Origin: a virus
IMG/VR virus record: IMGVR_UViG_3300045049_000234
Coordinates: 1-64,000 of that record
Reading direction: 5' to 3' (one strand)
DNA length: 64,000 nt
The notes under the pieces are model-generated. The model had not been told where the DNA came from. It worked only from the letters and a program-made list of their open reading frames with translations, and searched no databases. Of this stretch, positions 55,024-63,274 are shown piece after piece. Each line of letters begins with the position of its first letter. Positions within the stretch are counted from its first letter, which is position 1. The position numbers were made by a program, and so were the translations under genes.

Positions 55024-55710
55024 CTAGACTACGGCGTCCACGTTAGCGTTGTCAAGGGGATCGGCCTGCGAAGTCATCCGCATTCGCCTGCCCAGTTCGA
55101 TCCATGCGTGCCGTGGCCACATCGTGCGGCACCCACGGCACTGGATCTTCTGCGCGTACGGGTCCGCCCACAGCGACGTCCCGCACACCATCCCGTCGTC
55201 CGCCGTCTGCGGGCACATCCCGATCATCCGTGACTCGCCGGGACCGTTGACCTGAACGCGGCACGCCGCCGCCCACTCCCGGATGTTCGCCGCGAACGCG
55301 TCCGCCTCGGCGTGCTCATCCGCCGCCCACGTCCAGTTGTTGCGCAGGAACGTCACCGCGCCGACCACCGACTGCTGCACCGTCCCCCGGAACGGTCGCG
55401 CCGTCCATCCGAGCACCATGCGCCAGTCCGATTCCCAGTAGTGCAGGACGCTGACGATGCCGCCGTGCGCCCGCAGGCTCAGCGGCTCCAGCCGAACCGG
55501 CACCGGCGATCCCACGCGCCCCCCGCCGGACACGCGGGCGTCGGTGCGCATCCCCCACGACGGTTCCAGCATCTCCCCCAACGCCTCGTACAGCGCCGGT
55601 ATCGCCGTCAGGTCGGCGTCCACGTGCGCGATGCACAGGCCGCACACGCGGCGGGTGGACGATCGGCGGCAGATCATGCACTGGACGGACACGGGCTGGT
55701 CAGTGAGCAC
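55024..55710 (-). CDS. Zn-binding hypothetical protein of an actinophage family
   Basis: CMIC..CGLC; GMCP...CGTSL...CRGC..W. Confidence 0.7.
   Translation of the reverse strand: MLTDQPVSVQCMICRRSSTRRVCGLCIAHVDADLTAIPALYEALGEMLEPSWGMRTDARVSGGGRVGSPVPVRLEPLSLRAHGGIVSVLHYWESDWRMVLGWTARPFRGTVQQSVVGAVTFLRNNWTWAADEHAEADAFAANIREWAAACRVQVNGPGESRMIGMCPQTADDGMVCGTSLWADPYAQKIQCRGCRTMWPRHAWIELGRRMRMTSQADPLDNANVDAVV
55026..55055 (-). promoter_or_regulatory. sigma70-type promoter, TTGAC-nnn-GCTA family
   Basis: TTGACA-acgcta...-18 nt-TAGTCT. Confidence 0.75.
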
Positions 55711-55744
55711 GGCGCCCCCTCATGGTGTTTTTTATGAGGGTAGC

Positions 55745-56879
55745 GCCGTGCATCCATGCCTTGCGCAACGATGCCGAGGCCAGCGCCGCCATGCCGGGCT
55801 CGGCCGTGCCGTGCCACGTCGTGCGGGCAACCACCGACTAGCCGGTGACCACCCGCACGACACGGAACCATGCGTTGCCAAGCCGCGCGCTGCGCTGCCG
55901 AGCCGTTACCTAGCCGGGCCAAGTACCGCCATGCGAAGCCGGACCATGCCGGGCACTGCGTAGCGCCGCCTCGCGTGCGCGCCGGGGCCTCGAACCCCGG
56001 TGACATCCGGTCGCGCGCCATCCATGCCGTGCCGAGACAGGCCGCGCGTTGCACTGCCTAGCCCGGCCGTCCACCGTCCGTGCCTTGCCGTACCTCGCCA
56101 TGCGCCGCCACGCCGGACTGAGCCCAGTTCTGCCGAGCATGGGAACCTTGCCGCGCCTCGCATTGCCAAGCCGAGCGATGCCCGGTCTGGCCACGCGTCG
56201 CCCCGCCGCGACCCCACGGCGGGGTTGTCCTTGCGTTGCCGAGCCACGCCACGCCTAACCAGGCCACGCCGCGCACAGCCGCGCCCCGACCCCAGAGCGC
56301 GGGTATCCGTGCCTTGCCCCGCGTAGTCATGCGTCACCTTGCCACACGGTGCGGCGCCAAGCCATGCATTGCCCGGCCGGGTCGTGCCGTGCGCAGCTAT
56401 GCCGAGCGCAGCGCAGCCCAGGGACGGCACGCGGTGGTCCCGCGTACCAACCTTGGGTTGCGCCCTCGCCGCTCGGCCATACCCCGCCTAGCATGGCCGA
56501 GCGGCGCCGTGCGGCGTCCATGCCTTGCCTGGCGTTGCCACGCCAGTGCCGCGCTCAGCCGAGCGATGCCGGGGCCAGCCCTGCCATCGCCTCTGCCCAG
56601 CCAAGACAGCGACACACCGGTGATGTGCCACCGCCCCGGCTGGGTCCGTGCCTCGCCGCGCGGAGCCAAACCGGGCCAAACGTTGCCGGGTCGTGCCCCA
56701 CCATGCCGCGACCCCACGACATGACGTCCATGCCTAGCCACGCCAGACCTCGCACAGCATCGCCTAGCGTCGCCAGGTCCTTGCCAAGCCGGGTCGCGCC
56801 GCGCTACGTCCAGCGTTGCCGTGCGCTGCCGCGCCGGGCGTTGCGTTGCCACGCCATCGCATCGCGAAGCCAGGCCACG
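55745..56879 (-). repeat. non-coding GGY-NN pentamer array with interspersed hairpins (candidate guide-RNA array)
   Basis: 5-nt periodicity (plus strand gccgt-gccat-gcctt-gccac-gccaa...) in ~11 tracts; no credible ORF. Confidence 0.8.
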
Positions 56880-57446
56880 TTACGCCGCCGCATCCTCGTC
56901 CGGTGCGATGCCCATGGCGCGCATCCGGCGTTCGATGTCAGCGAGACGGCGATCCGTCGCCTCGCTGTGGTTGCGCGTCTCCGTGCGCAGGTCGTCCAGC
57001 GTCTTCTGCATCCGGGCCGTCTTGGACGCCTGCCGCCGGTTGATCTCCATCTGATAGGCGAACGCGGTGGCGACGGTTTCGAACGCGGCGCGCACCGCCG
57101 GGCTTTCGCCGGACAGATCGACGTTGACCGCCTTCGAGTAGGCGCGCTGAAGCTGCCGACCCGCCTTGCGGCCGTGGCGCCGCGCCAGCCCGAGCTGTGC
57201 GACGGCGTCCACGACGACATAGCCGACGCCGCGTACGGCGTCCACGGCGCGCTTCTCGTCCTCCTCGAACCGCCGCGCGGCGTCCCGGAACGCGACCCGC
57301 AGCGTCTGCCGGTCGCGCACAGGGTCCAGCTCCAGCGCTTCGGCCATCTCCTCGAACGTGATCAGATCGCCGATGGCCTTGGTCCGCAGGAGGCCGTACA
57401 TCACCTTCCAACGGGCGGTGTCGCCGATGGGGGCGAACGGGCTCAT
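56880..57446 (-). CDS. winged-helix plus coiled-coil protein, partner of the RAMP-like gene
   Basis: ITFEEMAEAL...AVRGVGY wing; coupled (ATGA) to 57443-58027. Confidence 0.75.
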   Translation of the reverse strand: MSPFAPIGDTARWKVMYGLLRTKAIGDLITFEEMAEALELDPVRDRQTLRVAFRDAARRFEEDEKRAVDAVRGVGYVVVDAVAQLGLARRHGRKAGRQLQRAYSKAVNVDLSGESPAVRAAFETVATAFAYQMEINRRQASKTARMQKTLDDLRTETRNHSEATDRRLADIERRMRAMGIAPDEDAAA

Positions 57447-58027
57447 GCGTTGTCCGGGATGACGGTGACGCTGCCCGCGAACCGGCCGTACCGGGGGCGC
57501 CAGTTGCCCAGGCCGATCAGGCTCCCGGCGATGTCAACGATCTGTTCGAAGTCGCCGAGGTCGATGATCTGCGTGTCCACGTAGATGATCGCGGAGGTGG
57601 CCCAGTCATGGAAGATCGGCCGCGTGCGGATCACGCGGGCGTTGTTGACCTTCACGGACGCCTGGTGCCGGAACGACTCGTCGGCCCACAACGCCTCCGG
57701 GTCGCGCGGACCCTTGTAGACCAGCGGATTGACGTTGGACAGGACGATGACGCCCGTCTGCACCTTGGGTCCGAGCTTGCGCTTGCGCGCGGCGTCCAGC
57801 AGCGCGCGATAGATGTTGTCGCCCGGCATGTACGGACCCTGCTCCGAGTCGTGGTACAGGCCGCCCAGGAACTCGGCGTGTGCCATTTCCGCGTAGTCGT
57901 CGTCGGTCTTGGACCGCTTGGCGCTGATCTTCTTGATGGACTTCGCGATCGGGTCCAGCGGATTGGACAGCCGCGCGTTGTGTACCAGCAACGGGCACGT
58001 GCCCGTAACATCCAACTTGATATCCAT
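57443..58027 (-). CDS. stand-alone RAMP/Cas7-like protein
   Basis: IKLDVTGTCPLLVH (first strand), PYMPGDNIYRALLDAA (PxIPGSSxKG-like), IGLGNWRPRYGRF (Gly-rich loop). Confidence 0.75.
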   Translation of the reverse strand: MDIKLDVTGTCPLLVHNARLSNPLDPIAKSIKKISAKRSKTDDDYAEMAHAEFLGGLYHDSEQGPYMPGDNIYRALLDAARKRKLGPKVQTGVIVLSNVNPLVYKGPRDPEALWADESFRHQASVKVNNARVIRTRPIFHDWATSAIIYVDTQIIDLGDFEQIVDIAGSLIGLGNWRPRYGRFAGSVTVIPDNA

Positions 58028-58045
58028 GGGTTCCTCTCGATGATG

Positions 58046-58155
58046 ACCGTGCCTCGCGTTGCCAAACCATGCCGGGCGGTGCCGCGCCTGGCATCGCCGT
58101 GCCTCGCGTTGCATTGCGCCGCGACGCCAAACGCAACCGTTGCCACGCCACGCGC
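58046..58155 (-). repeat. GGY-NN pentamer tract in the 5' leader of the RAMP-like gene
   Basis: ~22 in-phase pentamers (plus: gcctc gcgtt gccaa accat gccgg gcggt gccgc gcctg...). Confidence 0.8.
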
Positions 58156-58276
58156 TGATGTTGACCACACTATCACCGGTCATGCCATAAATACAAATCC
58201 GCAACACGCTGACCTGCGGATATCCCAAGTCTTGCCGTGCGGCGCCTGACGCTGCCGCGCATAGCCAAGCGATGCG

Positions 58277-59131
58277 TTACTCTGCGTCGGTGTCGGGTTC
58301 CTCGACGTCTTCGACCACATCGCCGTCCACGATGTCGGCGGCGTCCGTCACTTCGGTGGCGTCGGTGCGCGGGTTGACGTCCAACCGCACGCCGCCGTCC
58401 ACGGCCAGTCCGCGCACGTACTGCGTGGACCGGGGCGCCGTCTTGAGTACATCGATAAGCGTTGTTTTCAACGCCATGGCATCAAAGTGATCACGCCACG
58501 GGCCGACGATCTCGCCATTCTTGCGGGCCATCGCGAACTTGTCGCGGTGTTCCTCGCAGTCCTCGCGTGTCCACGCGGAGAACAGCGGCCGGGGACCGCC
58601 CACCAGATGAACCACCGAGTAGTAATCGGTCACCGGTCCGCGAGCGGCGCGGGGCGCCCGCGACGGGATGTGCTCGATACGGCTGTCCGTTCCGTACCTA
58701 ACGTCGAAGAAATCACTTTCGTAACGCTTGTGCGCCTCGATCGACACCACGCGGTCCGACCGGTACGCCAGGTTGATCAATCCCGGATAGCCGATGATCA
58801 AGGTGGCTTCCATGCGCCCCTTGTTGCGCATCGGCAGCAGCCACGCCTCGCCCAGCACCGCCGGGCGCAGACCGAGCTGTGCGCACGTCATCAGGCCGCC
58901 CAGCACGGACATCGGGTCGCACTCCGCCAGGCGCGGCGTCTTGCGCAGGACCGTCATGGCGTCGCGGGCAAGCTGGACGGCGTCGTGGCCGCGCGGCATG
59001 GCCCGCTCGAAATCCGGGATCATCTTCCTGATCTCGTCGGCCAGGGACCGCCGCCCCTCGTCCGGCGTGCGCGGGGTGTTCGGCGCCAGTTCGCCGCGCT
59101 GCGTGCGCATCCGGTTCGCCAGGTCGTTCAT
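58277..59131 (-). CDS. recT: RecT-family recombinase
   Basis: LAECDPMSVLGGLMTCAQLGL.P, IIGYPGLINLAYRS, W.DHFDAMALKT. Confidence 0.93.
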   Translation of the reverse strand: MNDLANRMRTQRGELAPNTPRTPDEGRRSLADEIRKMIPDFERAMPRGHDAVQLARDAMTVLRKTPRLAECDPMSVLGGLMTCAQLGLRPAVLGEAWLLPMRNKGRMEATLIIGYPGLINLAYRSDRVVSIEAHKRYESDFFDVRYGTDSRIEHIPSRAPRAARGPVTDYYSVVHLVGGPRPLFSAWTREDCEEHRDKFAMARKNGEIVGPWRDHFDAMALKTTLIDVLKTAPRSTQYVRGLAVDGGVRLDVNPRTDATEVTDAADIVDGDVVEDVEEPDTDAE

Positions 59132-59517
59132 GCGGACTCCTCCTCATCCGGCCAGACGATGTGCGCCTGGACCTTGATCGCCTTGCCGTCGCGGATGACC
59201 ACCCGCCAGATGTCTTCGTTGTCCTCGCCGAAGCAGTTGAACCGACCGGTGAACGTGTGATCGGGGAACGCGTCGATGGCGTCCTGTACGGCGCCGGTCA
59301 GGTCGATCTCCCGGTACTCGTCCTGATAGGTGACCTCCAGCCGCGTCGCGTAGCGGCGGGTCAGGATTCCCTGATCCGTTTCGGTGTCCTCTTCGCGGAC
59401 CGCCAGGCTGACCTCCGAGTCCCCGTTGACGAACTCAGAGTCTTTCATTTCGCCCCATTCGATCGGCGGATCGATCTCGATCGAGTCGGGCGGCCATACG
59501 CGGGTGTGATAGCCCAT
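59128..59517 (-). CDS. hypothetical actinophage protein
   Basis: MGYHTRV...I.IDPPI.W.E...CFGEDNEDIWRV. Confidence 0.75.
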   Translation of the reverse strand: MGYHTRVWPPDSIEIDPPIEWGEMKDSEFVNGDSEVSLAVREEDTETDQGILTRRYATRLEVTYQDEYREIDLTGAVQDAIDAFPDHTFTGRFNCFGEDNEDIWRVVIRDGKAIKVQAHIVWPDEEESA

Positions 59518-59524
59518 GGGTTCC

Positions 59525-60529
59525 TCACGTCATGGTTGGGTTGAACCGGCGTGACCGGTAGGCGGTGTAGATGTCGGGGTGTTCCTTGGCGAACCGGTCC
59601 TTGTCGAACTCCACGACGGTGCGCGTGTAGGCGTCGTACAGGCCCGGCTTGTCCTCGCGCAGAGCGTTGACGTTCATCGGGCCGGTGTTGCGCCATGTGA
59701 CCACCGGTTTGTCGTCCACGAGCCCCGCATGCGCGGAGCCGAGCGCGGCGCACACGCGCGCCTGCGCGGCGTCCTGCGCCGCCTTCAGCGCTTTGATCTG
59801 TTCGCCCAGCGACCGGTATTCGGCCAGGTCGTACAGCGCGTCGCGGTCCAACACCACGGCCTCGTCAAGGTCCGCCATCGGATGCAGGCGCTTGATCAGC
59901 TCCGGGTCGGCGGCGTGCATCCCGAACTCCGGCGGCACCTGCGGCAGGACGTGCTGATGCCAGAACTCGTCCTCGATCGCGGTCAGGTCGCTGATCAGCG
60001 ACTCGTCGCGGTCCACCCGCCGCACCACCAGTTCCACGCCGACCAGCGCGGCAATCCACACGTGGGTGCGGCCGGTGACCTTCAGCCCGTGCTGGCCCTG
60101 TACCGCCGCGCGGTCCGTCACCGCGCCGTCGGCCCACTCCGAGGCCATGCGGAAGCTCGTGGTCTTCATCTCCAGCAGCCCGCCGTCCTCGGTCAGGCCG
60201 TCGGGCGTGTAGAGCTGCCAGGGGTTCTCACGCGACTGGAGCAGCCCGCACGTGGTCACGCGTACGCCGGTCACTTCGGTGAACCACTCGCGGATCATCG
60301 GCTCGGCGCGGTGGCCGAACGCCATCGCCGGAGTGTAAGGCATCTCCGGAAGCCGCGACGTCTTGTCCAGGTAGACCTTGAGGCGGGATGAGAACGGGTC
60401 CAGACCGGCCACACCGGGCGCGTCCGATCCGCCGATCCCCTGCTGCCGTGCGCGCAGCCACATGTCCCGTGGGGCGCCGTGGGGCAGCAGCTCCTCACAC
60501 TCGTCCGTGGAGTTCACACCGGGGGTCAT
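59525..60529 (-). CDS. YqaJ/RecE-like exonuclease
   Basis: WLRARQQGIGGSDA, GHRAEP, TPDG, LEMKT, Q.QH.L.VTG, FW. Confidence 0.93.
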   Translation of the reverse strand: MTPGVNSTDECEELLPHGAPRDMWLRARQQGIGGSDAPGVAGLDPFSSRLKVYLDKTSRLPEMPYTPAMAFGHRAEPMIREWFTEVTGVRVTTCGLLQSRENPWQLYTPDGLTEDGGLLEMKTTSFRMASEWADGAVTDRAAVQGQHGLKVTGRTHVWIAALVGVELVVRRVDRDESLISDLTAIEDEFWHQHVLPQVPPEFGMHAADPELIKRLHPMADLDEAVVLDRDALYDLAEYRSLGEQIKALKAAQDAAQARVCAALGSAHAGLVDDKPVVTWRNTGPMNVNALREDKPGLYDAYTRTVVEFDKDRFAKEHPDIYTAYRSRRFNPTMT

Positions 60530-60559
60530 GGCACTATCCTCCCCGTCGGCACCGACACC

Positions 60560-60949
60560 TCACCGCCGGTTGGCGCCGTCCGCAAGGAACGAGTCGGCCA
60601 GCTTCCACACGCCGCACGGCCATGCCACCGGCGCCCCGTCCATCGAACACGCCTGGCACAGCACCGCCGACGGGTAGCCGTTGGCCATCTGCGCGGCGGA
60701 CGGCATCGGCAGGTGGGTCTGGCGCTGCTTGTCCATCAGCGTCCGGATGCGCGCGATCTCGCCCAAGCACATCAGTCCCGCTTTGATGGCGTCGTCCGTC
60801 TTGCGCCCGAAGTCCGCCACGACGGAGTCCGGCACGTCGCGATCACCGGGGTAGCGGGTGCCGATGGTCAGATAGTCCAGGGTGAATCCCATCAGCGCCT
60901 TGGACGCGAACGCGAGGTCGAAGGGCGGCATCGTGGGGGTTTCGGTCAC
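60560..60949 (-). CDS. hypothetical protein
   Basis: AGGAGG RBS; CQAC...WPC motif. Confidence 0.7.
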   Translation of the reverse strand: MTETPTMPPFDLAFASKALMGFTLDYLTIGTRYPGDRDVPDSVVADFGRKTDDAIKAGLMCLGEIARIRTLMDKQRQTHLPMPSAAQMANGYPSAVLCQACSMDGAPVAWPCGVWKLADSFLADGANRR

Positions 60950-60975
60950 GTGATCCTCCTGGGGTGAGGTTCACT

Positions 60976-61004
60976 ATCGTACGCCACCGGATTAGCATGG
61001 TCAA
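60976..61004 (-). promoter_or_regulatory. sigma70-type promoter for the recombination operon
   Basis: TTGACC-atgcta...-17 nt-TACGAT. Confidence 0.75.
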
Positions 61005-61060
61005 CACGACGGCGCCGGAAGGACGGTGTACGTCCTTCCGGCGCCGTCGTGCCCGGCTGC

Positions 61061-62545
61061 CTACCGGTTGCGCCGCCGGTTTGCCGAGCCCAACGGGTTG
61101 AACGGGACGGGGATGTCCTCGTCCTCGCGCCAGTGGAGCTGTCCGACGCTCTTCCCCGACAGGAACGCGTTCCACGCCTTGACGTAGAGGGCGTACTGCC
61201 CCAGCGTGGTCATGCCGCCTCGGGAGTTGGCCCGCTTCCCGGCGGCGGCGGCGTTGCCCAGTACCCGGATGAGCTTGAGTGCGGGGGAATTCGCCGACAG
61301 GTTCGCGCCGGTGATGAGCTGCTGATGCCAGATCCCGTGCGGGCCGCCGGGGTGCTCGCGGTGCGTCATGAACAACGCCGCGTACGCGGCCGTGCGGGTC
61401 ATGTGCACGTGGTGCATCAGCTCGCTTGTCTGGGTGGTGTAGTAGCCCAGGTCGAAGTACGGCCCCTCCTCCCACGGCTCACCGTCGTCGCCGGGGATGC
61501 GCAGCGCGTCTACGATCTCTTCCTTGCTGTACGCGGTGTGCTCCACCTCGTAACGGCCCAGCGGATTTCCGTTGGCGTCCCGGCGGTCCAGGTTCAGGCA
61601 CAGCGTGACGGCGGCGGCCAGCGCGGTCCGCGTCGGCTTGATCTCCTTGCGTTCGCCCTTGTCCGTGGTGACGTACCAGTGGAGGTCCGCCATCGCGATC
61701 GAGTCACCGGCGGTGCGCGTCTTGCCGTCGTCCATCGCGAAGAACGCCGCCGGGTCCATCCCGTACGTGGCGTAGATAGTCAGATTGAACCCCGCCTTGA
61801 TGGCGGCGAGGAACCGCTGGCGGCCGTCCAACACGCATCCGTGCCAGTCGATCGCAACGCCCTGATGCGTAACGCGCCACTGTCCCCGCCGCATGCGGCC
61901 TTCGTACTTCTCGACGGTGGAGCGCTGCGGCGGGCGCGTGTTGCACACGCTGACATCCAGCAGCTCCGCCATCTGGGCCGGGGTGAAGGTGACCAGGCGC
62001 GGCGGCTGGAGCACCGGGTAGCGCTTGTTGCCGACCCCCGGCTGCTGCGTCAGCGCAGCGGTGACCGCGTCGTTGACCGCCTGCTGATCGAGTTCGTCTT
62101 TGCTCATCACGGGTGCGCCGTTCATGTTTCGACGTTCGGGGGACTCCAGTGTGGCCTTGAGCGCCGCCACCGATGCCGGGATCGACACCTGCTCGGCGGC
62201 GCGCCTCTCCGCCTCGGCCAGGAGCTTGTCGTTCCTGTTGCGGTCCGCCAGCAGCGCCACCTTGCGCGGGTCGGGCTTGTCGTCCACCGGGCGCTCGTCC
62301 TTCCTCGGGGTCCTGCGCTGGACGCGGAAGTCAACGCCCGTGGTTCTGCGCAGATCCGCGATGGCGTTGTTCAAGCTGCGCGCGGACGAGGGTGTGGCGG
62401 AGAACACGCCGTACATCCGCTCGCCGCCGTCCTCTTCATCCCGTGTGACCTTCCAGTGGCCGCTGCCGTTGAGTTCACACGTGAACCCGGCGGCGCGGAT
62501 GCGGTCCACCAGGTCGAGCGTGTCCTGCGTACTGCCTTTGGTCAT
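61061..62545 (-). CDS. ParB/Srx-like protein with N-terminal HicA-like domain
   Basis: NTRP...VEKY...M..GQW..THQGVAID..G.VLDGRQRFLA, MDDGKTRT; N-terminal GSGHWKV...FSATPS...NN.IADLRR. Confidence 0.75.
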   Translation of the reverse strand: MTKGSTQDTLDLVDRIRAAGFTCELNGSGHWKVTRDEEDGGERMYGVFSATPSSARSLNNAIADLRRTTGVDFRVQRRTPRKDERPVDDKPDPRKVALLADRNRNDKLLAEAERRAAEQVSIPASVAALKATLESPERRNMNGAPVMSKDELDQQAVNDAVTAALTQQPGVGNKRYPVLQPPRLVTFTPAQMAELLDVSVCNTRPPQRSTVEKYEGRMRRGQWRVTHQGVAIDWHGCVLDGRQRFLAAIKAGFNLTIYATYGMDPAAFFAMDDGKTRTAGDSIAMADLHWYVTTDKGERKEIKPTRTALAAAVTLCLNLDRRDANGNPLGRYEVEHTAYSKEEIVDALRIPGDDGEPWEEGPYFDLGYYTTQTSELMHHVHMTRTAAYAALFMTHREHPGGPHGIWHQQLITGANLSANSPALKLIRVLGNAAAAGKRANSRGGMTTLGQYALYVKAWNAFLSGKSVGQLHWREDEDIPVPFNPLGSANRRRNR

Positions 62546-62637
62546 GGGTCCTCCACGGTGTTGCCGGTTCCGGGCGCCGCCGCCGGTAGGATCGGGCGGC
62601 GTTCCCGGACGGTCGGTTCCTCGCGACCGCATCCACT

Positions 62638-62666
62638 ACCGTACGCGTATGGGTTAGCGTAGTCAA
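62638..62666 (-). promoter_or_regulatory. sigma70-type promoter, leftward half of a divergent pair
   Basis: TTGACT-acgcta...-17 nt-TACGGT. Confidence 0.8.
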
Positions 62667-62679
62667 GCGTCAATGTGTG

Positions 62680-62708
62680 TTGACCCTACTATGTCCGGGA
62701 CGTACCCT
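62680..62708 (+). promoter_or_regulatory. sigma70-type promoter, rightward half of a divergent pair
   Basis: TTGACC-ctacta...-17 nt-TACCCT. Confidence 0.7.
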
Positions 62709-62743
62709 AGTGATGATCCCGACCACGTACGGAAAGGGGACAC

Positions 62744-63274
62744 ATGACCGCGCGTGAGAACCGCCTGCCCCACCGGGGTGTTCTCGCCGGTGGCCGCGAA
62801 CTGGCCGCATACGCCGAGGTCACCCCGGAGCGGGCTCGCCAGCTCACCCTCAAGAAGTGGTGGACGCTGGAACCGCTCGACTTCATCGGCGGCCGGTTCG
62901 TCTACAGCTACCCGGCGGCCGTCCGGCTGCTGAACGACCACGGCTACCCGCGCCGCCTGCATCCGGATTTCCCGCCGCCGGTGCGCGCCCGCCGGGGCCA
63001 CGCCGCGCAGGAGAACCCGCCCAAGCGCGAACACCGGGGGGTGCTGGCCGGTATCGGCGAGATCGCCCGCACCGCGTGCGTTCCCACATCCCGCGCCACC
63101 AAGATGACGCAGGAGAAGTGGTGGACCGCGCAGCCCCTGGACCATCTGGCCGGAGGCACCGTGTATTCATATCCTGACGTTGCGAAGCTCCTGGAAGACC
63201 AGGGCTACCCGCGCCGGTACAAGACGATCGGCGCCCGGATCGAGGCGCAGAACAAGGTCACTCGCGCAGGATGA
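62744..63274 (+). CDS. tandem-duplicated AlpA/Xis-like winged-HTH regulator
   Basis: two copies of HRGVLAG..E.A....V...RA...T..KWWT..PLD...GG..VYSYP....LL.D.GYPRR. Confidence 0.75.
   Translation: MTARENRLPHRGVLAGGRELAAYAEVTPERARQLTLKKWWTLEPLDFIGGRFVYSYPAAVRLLNDHGYPRRLHPDFPPPVRARRGHAAQENPPKREHRGVLAGIGEIARTACVPTSRATKMTQEKWWTAQPLDHLAGGTVYSYPDVAKLLEDQGYPRRYKTIGARIEAQNKVTRAG

Noticed and set aside
55674-56880. Numerous Arg/Ala/Pro-rich ORFs over the pentamer array
   Set aside because: They are by-products of a stop-poor 5-nt repeat, with no RBS, no codon bias and mutual overlap in all frames.
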